The notes: generated from the letters alone by a model not told the origin. A DNA stretch of 64,000 bases from Glaucostegus cemiculus (GCA_976551045.1 CDPCPM010000335.1:3286001-3350000); one strand, 5' to 3'; shown: positions 12,270 to 25,970, numbered from the stretch's first letter. Translations and numbers: made by a program.

Positions 12270-12550
12270 CACACTGACATGAGCCTTTGAGATGGTGGAA
12301 CAGCTTTGCAAAATAAAGACCTGAGTCCTTCACCACAACCTTGACAATCTCCAATATGCCAATATAACCACAGGATATACAATGAGTAACCAAGAGCCTC
12401 GGTAAGGTAATTTATCGGTCAATGGTGATCCCCTGGATGTTGCAGGAAGGGGAATGAGAAGGGATAGATTACTGGGGAGTTTCTGTGATCTCTTGCACAT
12501 ATTGCAGATGGTCATTGCCAGGTATTACTGCAGCATGGTGATAAGCCAAG
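12270..12550 (-). mobile_element. Old CR1-clade LINE fragment
   Basis: Shares ggtcattgcc (AMT motif) and gtcaatggtgatcccctggatgttg with the 17.7-18.3 kb copy. Confidence 0.55.
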
Positions 12551-12559
12551 CTAATGGAT

Positions 12560-12692
12560 TTCTGAGCAATGAAATTATTTGAAGGAAAAGGATTTAAGAT
12601 GGAGAGAACCATCTATATTTGAATTGAAGTGGATTCGGGGTTTGTGTGGCTAACTCCCTAACTTCTGTCCTCATTTCTTATATTCTTATATA
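12560..12692 (+). mobile_element. CR1 3' end
   Basis: Ends in ...tggctaactccctaacttctgtcctcatttcttatattcttat, a CR1-type 3' hairpin remnant with a (TTCTTAT) repeat tail. Confidence 0.5.
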
Positions 12693-13561
12693 TGTTAATA
12701 ATGTTATTGCCTGGTTCAGGTTATAGACATGCTTCCTGAGGGTAATGCATTTGGGATTTAGCATTACATTGACACATAATAAAGTTAGTTTTGGGCAGAT
12801 ATTCTGGAATGACTGAGTTTGCATCACAGAGCAGTGCGGTGCAGTCATTAAAAATTGAGGTTCAGTTCCTCAGTGGTGGGCATTTTACCCAAACAGAATA
12901 AAATCAGTGGTCATCTCCACAATATAAATAACCTACCAATGTTGTGAATAAAGCCATGGTCAATTTAAATTCACATTTTTGGAGGTCTATAATTGAAGGA
13001 ATATACTGCTATATTTACTCTATATGAAATGTTAGCCTAATAATCCAAAGTTTAATTAGTATTTGTATGTAAATTCATTGAATATTAAATGTATCACAAG
13101 CAATTTCTGTGCAGAGACATAATTCATTAGTTTTTTTTTCTGTGTGCCCTGGATATCTTATGGTTACAGATTATCAAAACAGCAACAGTAAAGTGCAATG
13201 TAAATGAACAGATTCTTGGGATATGTCAAATCAGTAAAGCTTTGATAGAAAATATCAAGCGGTCTGAGTTTACTAACACCAGCATATGATTTGATATGCC
13301 CTAACCCATATTATTTCCATGTAGGAGATGATACAGCACAAGCTTATGGTGACTAGGAGCTTGTAGGGAAAGATAAAAGTGAAGAAATAAAAATTAAGAT
13401 GTAGAAGCTGATGGAACGAGACTCCATACTTGCATTAGTATCATAAACATTGTTTGGGACGTAGGTACTCAACAAGCATAATGATCAGACTGTTCAGTAT
13501 GTTTAAATATTAGTTGGAAAGCAAGAAGTACAAAGTTGGCAACATCTTAGACAACCTCTGG

Positions 13562-14490
13562 ATTTCAAAGTCGAGCTGATTGTCATATACACAAGCACAT
13601 GTATCCACAGGTGCAATGAAAAAACTTGCAGCAGCATCACAGGCACAGTATCATATAAACAGCATTCACAAAAAAAATCATAAACTGATCACAATTTTTA
13701 CGAGAAGGAACACAATTAGAACAAAAAAAGTCAATTTTAGTGCAAAGTGATCAAAGTGGCTATTGTGTTGATAAACTCTAGTGATTAGGGTTGTGTCAGT
13801 TAGTTCAAGAACCAAATGCTTAAATGAATGTAGCTGCTCTTGAACCTGGTGGTGTGGGTATTCAGACTTCTGTATGTCCTGCCTAATGGTAACTGTGAGA
13901 AGGTGGCATGGCCCAGATGGTGGGGATCTTTGATGATGAATATGATGAATGTTGCCTTCTTGAGGCAGCACCTCCTCTAGATGCTACTGATGATGAAGAG
14001 GGATGTACTAGTGATGTATTGGGCAGAGCCCACTGCTCTCTGCAGCTTCTTACATTCCTGCACATTTGAATTGCTGTAATAGGCCCTAATAAAATAAGTC
14101 AGGATATTTTCTACAGTACATCCATAGAAGTTTGTTAGAGTGTTCAGTGACAAGCCAAATCTCCTTAACATCCTAAGAAAGTAAAGATGCTGACACACTT
14201 TCCTTGTGATCTGCACCTATGTGCAGGGCTCAAGACGGGTCCTCCACGTCTGTGAATGCTCATGAATTTAAAGCTGCTGACTCTCTCCACTGCTAATCCT
14301 CCAATGTAGACTGGTGCACGTTCACCCTCCTTCCCCTGCCTGAAGTCAACAATCAGACCTTCAGTTTCACTGATGTTGAGTGAGAGGTTGTTGTTGCGGC
14401 ACCACTCAGCCAGGTGTCCTATCTTGCTCCGGTAAGCTGACTCATCGCCACCTATGAGTCGTCCAACAACAGTGGTGTTGTCGTTTCTCA
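13562..14490 (-). mobile_element. Rex1/Babar LINE 3' fragment (different 3' UTR subfamily)
   Basis: Frameshifted peptides DNTTVVGRLIGGDESAYR...WCRNNNLSLNISET..LIVDFR...VERVSSFKF and QHLYFLRMLRRFGLS...FYGCTVENILT. Confidence 0.9.
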
Positions 14491-15269
14491 TCTAAATGTG
14501 TATCTTTCCCTCATCAGAAGCTTCTGGGCCATTAGCACGTTTAGCGAGTTGAGTATCAATAGTTATGATTATTTTGAAAGTAAATTCTTGTTCATGATTT
14601 TATAGTTAGAATTGTGACACTACTGTAAAATGGCTTCTTCATTGCTTACATTTTTCAAGAAATGTAATTAGGTTTTACTGAGTAGGACAAGATTTCTGAG
14701 CTACAACTCTTGTACCACCTGATTAGCTCAAGAACATTAGTTACAAATTTAAAACTGTTAGCAAAGAGCCATTAACAGGAGGAAAACCATAATTGTATAT
14801 CTGTTTATAAATAAAACTAAAGACAGGTGCCGCACATATGTAGAATATTCCTTTAAATTATTTTGCAGTTAATACCAAAACTTCTTTACTGTAATTGGGG
14901 AGGATGAAGTTTTTCAAAATATCTTTATGCTATGTACCAACATTTGAAAAATATGTCATCCATCAATATTATCTATTATTGATAAGATACATTAGAAGTC
15001 ATTTTATTATCAGAGCAGTCTCAAGCGACCAAAATGCCTATGCCTGCTTCTATTTCTTCTGTTATTACATCCTACACACTGCCTGTACCACACAACTGTT
15101 ATGTTTTATTCTGTCTGAATAACATCTGGAAAATTAATGGATATGTTTTGAAATCAGAATTATTTTCTGTCATTACCTTAAGTTGGTTATGGTGGGCTGA
15201 CGTGTCTGTGGTGTAAACCCTTATGTCTGCATTTACTCTCACTCATTTCTCCCAGGATCAGGATTGAAT

Positions 15270-15715
15270 TCTGCCTTTCTTTATTTTTAACTCCTGCACC
15301 TCCAGCTGCATCACTCCTGCTCTGAAACATTCCAAATGGACTATTTACTCTGAGGTGATGATCTAAATTATTTTTCTCCTATCCCTTCCCCTGCAACTGC
15401 AAAAGATGCAACACCTGCCCTTTTATTTTCTATCCTTTTCACTTCTACTCTTTCCATCTGAAGCTGTGATTTATTTCACTTTAGTGTACATTATTAACGG
15501 CTCTTCTTTGATGGGGAGATCAAAGGCAAATTGGGTGGTTTCCTTTGGAACAATTCCATTCATCTGAACTATGACCCTGAGCTTCCAGTTGCCTCCCTCC
15601 CTAACACTGTCCTTGATATCATGCACTGGTTCAATGAAGTCCAAAGGAGCACCATCCAATTTGCCAAATTATAATCTTCTGTCATTTTTATTTCAGATTT
15701 CCAGCAGTCACTCCA
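15270..15715 (+). mobile_element. Penelope-like GIY-YIG fragment
   Basis: FPCNCKRCNTCPF at ~15385-15423, then GEIKGKLGG (degenerate GETKR.LG.RF) and ELPVA, followed by the terminal repeat tttatttcagatttccagca. Confidence 0.7.
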
Positions 15716-17719
15716 CATTTTTCTGGTAGTCGGTTCTTTTATACCTCTTCCAGATTGAACCTTTGTTGTTTTTGTTTAAAAAGAACATCAATTTCTAAAA
15801 TGCCTTTAATAACCCAAAGTACTAAGCAGACCACAAAATGTTTCTGATGTGTAGCCATTATTGTGAAGAAATAATGACAACCACAACTCCTGAAAAACAT
15901 TTCCACTTGGCTGACATTACACCTCTCTTGCAGCTATCAACCCCCTTAAAGAAGTATTTCCTATTCTGTCTTTTACTCACTTCAGCCACCAAATTGGTTG
16001 GCAGTAATGTTCTATTGAGGGCCAACTATTAAAACTGTTGCAGCTTATGCTAAAGTTCACCTGAGTGCAGTGCAGTTTACTGCTCGCCTTGTCAATGGAG
16101 TTGCTCAAAAATCAATCTTCCATGAGCAGTATCATGGGAAATAAACTAATGTCAGAAACACTGGATTGGGCTTAATGAGTCTCTATGAATCATTTTTCCT
16201 AATTATTTGCCTCAATGAATTCCCACATTGTAAAGTATCATTTCATCAAACTCACCATGAACAAAACTGCTAAGAATCTGACGGTGGTTAAATAAATATA
16301 AAAAGGACTATGTTCATAACTGCTGACAAACTGATCCATAATCAGTGCTTGCCACATTATATGAATTATACTTCAGAGAGATTTCAAAATCCTTTTTAAG
16401 TCACTAAACTTGGAGCAGGTTACCTTTTAGCTGACACCTGAATATTTTCACCTATTACACCAGTGAATGAAAATAACGGCATTTCTTTTATCTTTATGAC
16501 ATGTGAAGATGTGTTTGGTACTTGAACATCACTTTGTTGTTGACAAAGTGGCAGACTGTGGCAAGTAGACAAAGATGATTTGAAAATGTATTGACCTTGC
16601 AAACAGAGAATAAGAAAATGGCGTTTGTTCAGCAGAATTACCTATGTTTGATTAACAATTGCAAACAAGATCACCACATTGCATCTGCTCCAAGCTACAA
16701 GCTGATGCATTTGTTTGACTGTTCTGATAAAACTATAAAAATAAAAGCATCTGTTACTTGCTGTTGTAAAGTAAAGCTACAGAAATCAAGAGGAGAAAGT
16801 ATTTTCTATGTGGAGTTATTCTCTTTATTGACTTTAAATTTGTGGAATTTCCTAATTCCTGTCTTGGGCTTGTATTCTTCTGTAGTTTGAAAACCCCTTA
16901 CATGGCTTGAGCCATCAGTGTTGCCATCATCAGTAAAACATAACCATTATCACAGAAATATTGACATCATATGTAGTTATTGATTGACATAAAAAGATGA
17001 CGAAAATAACCTTTGCCGTCAGCCATTGGAAAATAGAACCTTCACTTAACAAGCATTTCATAAAAAGTATTTCAAAGTTTAATTTAAAAAATCTAAATAT
17101 ATTTCTCCCATATTCTGACACTTCTGCTTTAGTTGTCTGTCTCTTCCTATTTAATCATTCCCTTCTAAGAATTGTCATGCTTATTATAATGTCTAGGATT
17201 TGAGTTTTTTCCAATTTTTAATGATTTAACATCTGAAAATACACATCAAAATCCTTCATGAAAAATTTGCTTTTAGTTTTTTAAAGATATCTAATTGCAC
17301 CACCTCACATTTTACTCTGAGAATCTGGTTATTATTTTTACACTACTGCTTATTTGCATTTGTTTGTGGACACAGAATTGGCTAATCAGTGACATGGCTG
17401 GTTATTACGAAGAGAGGGGTGAGAGGAAATGGATTAGTTAAAATGCCAGGCACAGCAGAGGACTTGCAGTTATTATTTATTGCAATAGCAAAGTTAGTTA
17501 ATGAATTTGCCTCTTTTGCTAATATTTTTTCCGAACAATGATAGTGACTAGAAATAAGCACCTTAATTTTTTTTGGTTATTTGGTTCAATTTAAGCCTCA
17601 TTCATTTCCAAATCTATACAATATTTAGTATTGTGAAATAACCTAAATCATTCATATTTCTTGATTTCCTCAAGTCATTTTTGGCCTATAATTTCTTTGC
17701 CTACTGCTTATTTAGACAT

Positions 17720-18340
17720 CATTGGGTGAGGCGATTTTTGGGTACAACAGCCATATTTCACTTTGACTTAATATCAGTTATTTCAGATGATTCAGGTGTA
17801 AATTGTACAGATATCAAAGAATTCAGACCTGTCTAGTTGATTTCTGGTCAATGCTAATCCCAGTGATATTGATTGTGGGGACCTTTGGTGATAGTAATGG
17901 TACTGAATGTCAGTGCAATATGGTTGGACGTTCTCTCTTTGGGGGTGGTCATTGCCTGGTGCTTGTGTGGTATGAATACTGCCTGCCACTTATTAGCTAT
18001 TGTCTGAATAACATTGAGAAACCTGCTACATGTGGGCACGGGCTGCTTCATTTAGTGAGACATTACAAATGGAATTGAACATTTTGTAAACCTTCCTAAT
18101 TTTGGTTGGGAAAGGTCGTTGATAGTTGTGTCCAGAGCATTACCCTAAGAAACTCCTGGGGCTGAGATACCTGACCTCCAACAACTGCAACATTTTTCCT
18201 TATGATGGACCTGGAAGTAGCCAGCGGAAATGTTTCTTCTTGATTTAGCAAAGCATCCAATGCTAGACCCTGTCAAATTGTGCCTTTATATCAAATGCAG
18301 TCACTTGTACCTTTTCCCTTGGATTTGGTTCTTTTGTCCA
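17720..18340 (-). mobile_element. Old CR1-clade LINE ORF2 fragment (post-RT region)
   Basis: NVIQTIANKWQAVFIPHKHQAMTTPKERTSNHIALTF matches the remembered fish CR1 motif NIQAWADKWQVTFAPHKCQAMTISNKRESNH.PLTF. Confidence 0.8.
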
Positions 18341-18674
18341 TGTCAGAGCTTTGGTTACACATTTAGTTGGGAGTATTTGGATTTTTACAGAGAGACCTTC
18401 TCCTATTTGCTGACCATTCCCCTGCACGTTAATTCTTTTATCTTCTTCTCTTTCCTCCCGCTCTTTCCAGAATTTTAATCAGAGTGAATGTTCCAGAATA
18501 ACCCAAACTGAGGACTGAGCTTGTCCTAGTATTTGAGAAGATTTCCTAAACAGCTAACACTTTCCCTGAACATTTAAAGTGAAAGTCAATAAGTGTCATA
18601 ATTTGGAATCCATTTCCAAGCTTGATATATCGTCGGTTGTCTGTGATTTGTAGCTAGGCTGAGAGCTGTTCTTA

Positions 18675-19020
18675 CTGGGCCACAATAGTTGAACTAGTTG
18701 AGCCATTGCCTCATTGCACCTGAGACCTGGGTTCAGTCCCGACTTTGAGTGTTGTATGGAGATTCTCTTTGTGACTGTGTAGATTTTCTCCCAGTGCTCC
18801 AATTTCCTCTCTCATCTCAAATATGTGCTGGTGGTTAGGTTAATTAGCTGCTGTAAATTGCTATTATGTAGGTGAATGGAAGAATCTTGAGGGAGTTGAT
18901 GAGAGTATGAGGAGCATAAAAAAAAGGGTTAATGTAGAACTAGAATTGGTGTAAATGGGTGGTTGATGGTTGCACAGACTCAGTGGGCTGAGAGGCCTGT
19001 TTCCATGCATTATCTTTCTA
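18675..19020 (+). mobile_element. HE1-like V-SINE, near full length
   Basis: tRNA head with B-box gacctgggttcagtccc, V-domain tgtatggagattctc...ttttctcccagtgctccaatttcctc...ggttaattagctgctgtaaattg, and CR1-derived tail gtgggctgagaggcctgtttccatgc. Confidence 0.85.
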
Positions 19021-21109
19021 TAACCTCGTGGCTGATTCTTGTACAATTTGGAAAATAGTGTCATGTGTATTCACAGTGTTCCTACTTCTTTACAAAGAAC
19101 TTTAATTTGCTTCATTCACCTCTTCCAATGGATAGGCCCAAAAAATAGGTAGGGGTGAAATGGATCAAGTTTCATCTCATTTCATGGACTCTATCAGTTG
19201 AATTCAAAGAGTAGCAGGAAAGCAGTCATGAGGGTCAAAACAAAAAGAAAAATAATACATGTAAAATTATGAATTTAATAAAATACTCATGACCTTGCAG
19301 AACTGAAGTAAAATGACATGGTCTCCATTATATTTTCAGTCACTAGTTATAGATTTAATGTTTATGCATGTAAAAGATGACTTAAGGTGAAAATATTTTA
19401 CAATCTGGAAAAAAACTCATTCATTGGATGAATAAACAATATCAAGGCTAAACAATCTTGACTTGACAGACAGATAGTTTAATAAATGCATAATGAAGTG
19501 CAAAATAGAGGTCAATAGTTCACAATGAAACAAAGTATGTGGAACTACTCAAAATAGTTATCAGAAATGTACTGCACTTGCAACTCTATTTGTGATGAAT
19601 ATGGTCTTCATTATGATGTAGTTGATATTCCCAGTCAGAAGCGTTCAGTACAAAGGTTACTGCACACAACTTACCAGCCAACCTTCCACACTGCTGAGAG
19701 AACCAGCTGATGTAAATATAAACATTCTACTTGACTTCACTTGCTCGAATAACATTAGAGGACACATGTTTAGGATAAATAAATTCAAGGAGTCTTTTTT
19801 CAGATTCGACGAAAAAAACAATCTTTCTTTGGATAGCGGGGCTTAATTGCAAATCACAAAAATAATTGTAGGAAGTGATGAATAGATTTACCAAGAAACT
19901 GGGTAGTTTTCATTTAGGAATGAAATTAGTAGTTCTGAAGATGGATAAGGATGATCTTTCTTAGATTTTCTACCTTCTCTACTTCATCCTAGAGCTACAT
20001 TATCATAAGTCTGCACTCAAATTACAAGCACAAATATCAGATTCACCTTTTAAATAATTATATTCATGACTCTATTAGTAGATTATGTCAGTTATCATAA
20101 ATAAATGTATAACCAATTAAATTCCCAGCTGTTACTGGGATCACATCTCACATCAGCAAGAGGAAATGTTCTCCTCCCATTCCTGCCCCTCCTTTTCATG
20201 AATAAGATCCTTCAAATTTTGCAAATTGATTATTCATTAGATATTATTCTTTGTATGATCCAATACTCAATGTGTTCACTGAGGCAGGGACTCCTGTGAG
20301 AGGATAAGAAGTATGAGGGAGATCACATGGTGAGATTAAACATCTATTCTACATATCCCAGTCTCTAGGACCCCTTCCACCCCCATCTCCTTTATATGGA
20401 TAATTGAAAATAATGGAAAAAGGTGGGAGAAAGTTAGTAAAAAGGGATTGTTTCAGAATGCTGTCTATCCAAAGAAACCACCTAATTGTTGTGAACTGTG
20501 TAAACCTTTCCTCTGCATTGATAGGTGATCAATGGTGTCCCTTTGTGTATCTTGAGAAGATCAATTGGTGCAATGAGCTAAAATAAGACTTATTTAGAAT
20601 CTCATAAGCAATTTCTCACCATTGAATGTTTTTGGACTCTTAGTCTTAGTGTTCTAGTACAATGACTGAGAACTTGACTTTTCACCAATGACGTTTAACT
20701 ACATTCCAAAATGGTCAGGATTTTGAATAAGGTTTATTCAAAACTGCAAACTAGAGATGCTGAGTTCTTATGAGATTGTGTACCTTATGCTGGTGTCAGA
20801 GTTCTTGAACCTAGATATGATGCAAAGGAAACACAGGGATTTTTGGAGACTCATTTACGTTATAGGATCAGGGAATTGCTCAGAGATGCATTTCAGGCAG
20901 TGCAGGTGATTCTACAATAAAGAATGTGAGGGATTATAGGGAATAATCTGGTCTCTCCCAGCTATTAATTGGTGGACTATGCTGTAGACTGTAGTGGCCA
21001 GGAAATAACTAACCTGTTGAATAAGAGTTCCAATGTGTAAATTAAGTTATGAAAAATATCTGTCTATGTGGGACTCCCTCATGGCCCTTGCAGACAATGC
21101 CTCCCTTCT

Positions 21110-21985
21110 CCACTCTATTGTCTGATGAAGCTGTTCAGATGGAACATATCTCTGGTTGCCTTCCTCTCATTTTGCTCTTGCTGCTGGGCCTCATGTCCCC
21201 CCAGATTGGAATCTGCACTTCCTCCAACATCAGCTACTTCCTTTGGTTTACTCAACAGCTCACCGTGATCAAGTGTCCGCACTTGTTGGGATGTGCTGCA
21301 GGGCACAGCATTCTCATTTTTCGAAGAACAAGAACAACTTTCTTTCAGTTTCTATGGCACTGCTGTAGTTCTCATATCACATTCTGCCATTGTGTTAATA
21401 GTGCAAATTGGGGTCAAAAGCCAGGAAGTAGAAGATATTTCCCAGGAGCCATCACTCTAGGGAACAGGGGGTACTAAAAATGTTTGGTAGTGTGGAAGAT
21501 GTCCTATGTGCTTTCCGGATACATGGCATTAACATAAAGAAGTTTTCTAATGACTTTTAACCACCTGAACATTGAGGGAATGGAAGCCTCTCCAGTTGAC
21601 AATATAGTTGGGATTATTAATGGGAGCCTCTAGTCAAGGAAATCCAGCAATGGCAGCAAATCCTGGTGCTTGAGATACAGCCCCCTTTGAATTCAAAGTA
21701 GTTTAAATTATTTCTTGGTAAATACAGTACCTTGAATATCTTTCTGATGTAATGGTCAGTGGCAAATTGGGAGGTGGGGTGGTGATCTGCTGTCACCACT
21801 TGGAAAGATCCTATTGGCAATGAAGTTGAGAGTCAATATGGTCTTGATCTTCATAGAGAGAGCAATCTAGGTACAAGAAATTAATCAGAAGTCTTCCCAT
21901 AAAGTATCACCTGTAAATAATAACAGTCTAGCAAAACCCTTGCCTGCAAAGACAAGGCTGAGTGAAGAGATTTTAGAGGTGTAGG
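21110..21985 (-). mobile_element. PIF/Harbinger DDE transposase fossil (HARBI1-like), disrupted
   Basis: Ordered minus-strand motifs across frameshifts: ALSMKIKTILTLNF, GSFQVVT (21791-21811), FAAIAGFP (21638-21660), NWRGFHSLNVQVV (~21560-21597), NAMYPEST*D, WLLG (21441-21451), WLLTP and CCALQH (21293-21310). Confidence 0.85.
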
Positions 21986-24635
21986 CCTTTTACAGGTGAA
22001 GCCTGACCCATCTTGTGTAGCTAATCATGGCCATAACCAATTATTCAGTGGTCAAGTGCTGTTGGCAGTGTCATGGAATGGACGCTTTCAGCAGTTGAAT
22101 GCTGGAGAAAGTTCTCCCTGGTTATGAACTCTGAACTTTGAAAGGTGCTTGAGCAAGCAGTTCTGACACTCCTCTGTCAGGTTTCTAAGGTCAGTAGCGT
22201 GTCCCTAAATCACAAGAAAAGTGACAAGTTAACCTGAAATTCTCCCAGTTGTACTGGAACAATTCTGCAATGGTCAAATTCAAACTTGTGTCAGGAAGGC
22301 CAGAGATGGGGATTGAACAGATCACAACATTATTATGCAAGTGTCTATTATTGGAAAAATCTCAGACCTATTTCTGTGGATGGTGCACAGAAGTGCCTGG
22401 TTCCATTTTGTGGTGGATGTAATTTCACCTGGAAATAACTGTTAGCTCAGTTTACTCTGGATAAAATCAATCTTTTCAAGGTTCGTGCCAAATAATCAAA
22501 TGCTGATCAATCCAGTTACTATTGGCTTCTGAAGGCAGACATTGTGTTAAAATCAAACACTGCTGGGATCTAGTTTAATCATTTTTTCCCCTCAAACTAA
22601 GGTTTTATACAGTCTTTAACAGCATTCCTCAGCTTTCTATTCCTCAAGATTTCAGCATGGACACAATAGTCTGATTGACTTTCATCAATGATCCCTTGAG
22701 AAATAATCCCCAGTTCTTTGCTTCATTTTACAGCCTTATTGGCTTTGTCACAAGCTTTAATAATTGTGTAACTGCATTCTGAGACCCATCTATTCCTTTA
22801 TCCTATCTTAGTACCTATTATTCAGGGTGAATATGATTTTCTTCATATCATGGTACAGCTTCCCCTTATCTATGTAGTTGCTAATGTGTGCACTAATGCC
22901 TTCTATAAGTTTGCAGTGCTAATAATACAATCATTAATTTTCACTGTTCCATACATCCATTGTTTTGAATTAATTATGAATATGTGAATATAGAAGTAAT
23001 ATGTTACAATGTACTAAATAAAAATAATAGCTCAGTTTAATAAACATTTTCAATGTAAAGTGTGAAGTTCCAGTTAGTTTTGATGAAAGCTCTTCAATCT
23101 GAAATGCTAAGTTTCCTGCTCCACAAATCCTGCTGGATTTTTTTATTCCACATTTTCAATCTTTTATTTCAGATTTCCAATCCCTGCAGTATTTTGCTTT
23201 GTATTCTAATAATACAGAATGCAGTGATCACTACATTAAAATAAAACATCATGGATTTAATATATTTTTCCTATTTCCTTTTCTCCCACTTAAACATTAT
23301 TGAGAACCTCTGACACAAAAAGAAGAAAAAGAAAAAAATATGATAATATATATTTAAATGGCACCAAATAATGCAACCTTCTTATAATGAAAGCATTTTC
23401 CACGGTCTATAAACAACTCACCTCCTATTAATTTCTGCTTTTAGGAGGTGAACTCTCAGGATGGTAACCCTGTGTTTTTGAAAAAGACTAGTGATTGGAT
23501 CATTATAATTTACATCCCTTGAATGAAATTGGGAACACAAGACATTCGGTTTGTGGGACTACAATTTTACTAATGAGCTTTCAATGCTTCTCAAACAACT
23601 AACCAGACATTTAACTGTCATTTTGAAAAGTTTGTTAGTTCTGAATCTATTCCACTCAAATTGGCATCATTTAAGGGCTTTGCTAAAGTAGGAGGGAAAC
23701 TTTGTCAAGTTCCAACATGGCCTTACCAGTGAAGAGTGATCTTTTGATGCAATGCTCCTCAGTTTTAACTGAAGAACCTGATCCAGTGTTTGTGTATTCC
23801 CTGCAAATGTATATTTCTATCCTGCCAGCTGCCTTCCTCAGTAGATGCATCAGTCCATCCTTCTCCTATGTGTAAGGGTGTACAGTTATCCCTGTAATAT
23901 CAGACAGACCCTCTTGTCTCTCTGTAAAATATTTTCTTCACTCTGACATTATTAACATCTGATGTCACTGTGACTTAACCAGTGTTTTAAAATCACCAGT
24001 TATAACCATTTGACATGAAGCTAAACCAGCAAAACAACTTTATTGTACAAACTACAATTTTCACTTGGCATTAACTTGGCAGTAAAATTAATGAAGATCT
24101 CAGAGACAGCAATCTAAAAGTACAACATACATTGTTCATTCAGTTGAATTCACAGCTGACACTTTCATCATTCCAATGGCACAAGAACCATTATGATCCA
24201 TGAAGTATTTGATCATCTGTCTCTACATTTTAATCTCCAGTCTCATTTTAAACATGATATTTTTATTCAGGTCTTTCCCAGGAGTTGTGCAGCAATGTAA
24301 AAAGTTGTTTTGATGTGTGCATTTATTATTCTTCATTGAAACAAGACTGGACATTAGTATCAGTAAAATTAATGCATGTACACATATCTGAAGGAGCTTG
24401 AATATATATGAACAGGTGCAATAATTATGCTGGGGTCATTCCAATGAAGAGACTCCAGCAGTCACCATGAAAGGTTTGTTTGGGGGGGGGGGTCACCTGT
24501 CATATGCTTAGGCAGACCCTGTTCATGGTGCATCTTCGATGCCTGTGTATATATCATTGCCAAACACTTCCAATGACTCTCTGGGGACATGTCTAAGCCC
24601 ACATCATGAAAGGCTAATGATTAAAAAATACACTG

Positions 24636-25259
24636 TCGTATGATTGCTTTTGTTACATTGATGGCCAAACGAGCCATTCTGCTTAAATGGAAGGATCCAA
24701 TACCCCCTACCACCTTTCAATGGTTCTCTCAAACTATATCATGTCTTAATTTGGAAAAAATTAGGAGTGGTACTGTTGATTCTTCGCTTAAATTTGAAGA
24801 TATTTGGAGTCCAGTTATTCAATACTTTCACATCATGTAGTTTCCCCTTCTATAACTTTTTTTTAAATTCAGAGAAACGGAGCTGACAACATGATATTGT
24901 TCTATTTCTATTGAAAATTTTAGCCCAGTATTTTTTTCCTTGTTTTGTTTTTTTTCTTTTTTTTAAATTCATTTTTGGTTTAATTTACTCTATATTATTA
25001 TTATTTTTTTATTGATTTGGGTTTTTTGGGGGTTTTTTCTAATTATATAACAAATCTTTTTCTTTTCTATCTCTTACATTACACTTATGAACCAAGAGTT
25101 TGTTGGAACTATTTATTTTATATATATCATACTTGATTGATTTTTTTATGATTACCTATGATTGTTTCTTGATATTTCTATAATACATGTGTAAACATTG
25201 TTGTTATGTATCTTAACCTGTATTGATTTGTTATCAATAAAAAAGATTGAAAAAGAAAA
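24636..25259 (+). mobile_element. L1-clade LINE 3' fragment with poly(A) tail and 13-bp TSD
   Basis: ORF2 C-terminus AKRAILLKWKDPIPP...W...LNLEKIR...KFEDIWSP (stop 24840), T-rich 3' UTR, AATAAA at ~25236 and an A-tail. The TSD aaaaaatacactg is at 24623-24635 and 25260-25272, at a TT/AAAA site. Confidence 0.93.
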
Positions 25260-25649
25260 AAAAAATACACTGAGGGTCCAGACAAATTCACTGACTTGCC
25301 TTGCCACTTCAAATGGCTTCTTCAGATTTGCCCTACATCACATTATAGGGAACACCTGTTGAGGTTCTTAGTTTCCTGTATATGATGCAATTTGTGAGAA
25401 TGACAAAGATTTCATCATTACAACACTAAGCAAGAAATCAACTACACCACTGGACCCTGTTTGTCTCCAAACTATTCAGCCAGACACACAACAGGATGAG
25501 TAGATTTATCCCCAGCTCTCCTTTGGTCTCTACTTAAATGGTGGCATTTATCATATTTCAACTCTTTGTTAAAATGACAGCTAGAGGTATCCTAATTAGA
25601 ACAAATGGATAAATGTTTTTGTTAAAATTATGGTCTCAGTATCTCCTCT

Positions 25650-25970
25650 TGTTCAATTTCTAAGACTGTGGAGTGAGATGTTACCAGAAAATGACTACAG
25701 GGACAGAGCAGAGTTCCTGTGGTGCCACAGCATATAAAATATGGATTAAAAGGTAGTAAACATCGCATGATTGAGTGTGGAAGGAGTAACACAGAGGGCA
25801 GAGCTGGGATGAGAATCAGAAAGGAGAATGAGATTTACTGGTTCATCTTCCAGCAGAAATAGGGATCGGAATTGAGACTCTTCGAGTCTAATAACAGGAA
25901 GCACTATGCTAAAGTGGTTTAGACATTATGGAAATGGTGGCAGAAGCAGTGAGGTTTAAATGCAGAAGAG
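25650..25970 (-). mobile_element. Possible L2 remnant
   Basis: Purine-rich degenerate stretch with the composition of antisense L2 ORF2. No clean peptide motif. Confidence 0.3.

Noticed and set aside
18700-18745. tRNA-like B-box sequence as a tRNA gene
   Set aside because: It is the decayed head of a V-SINE and forms no cloverleaf.
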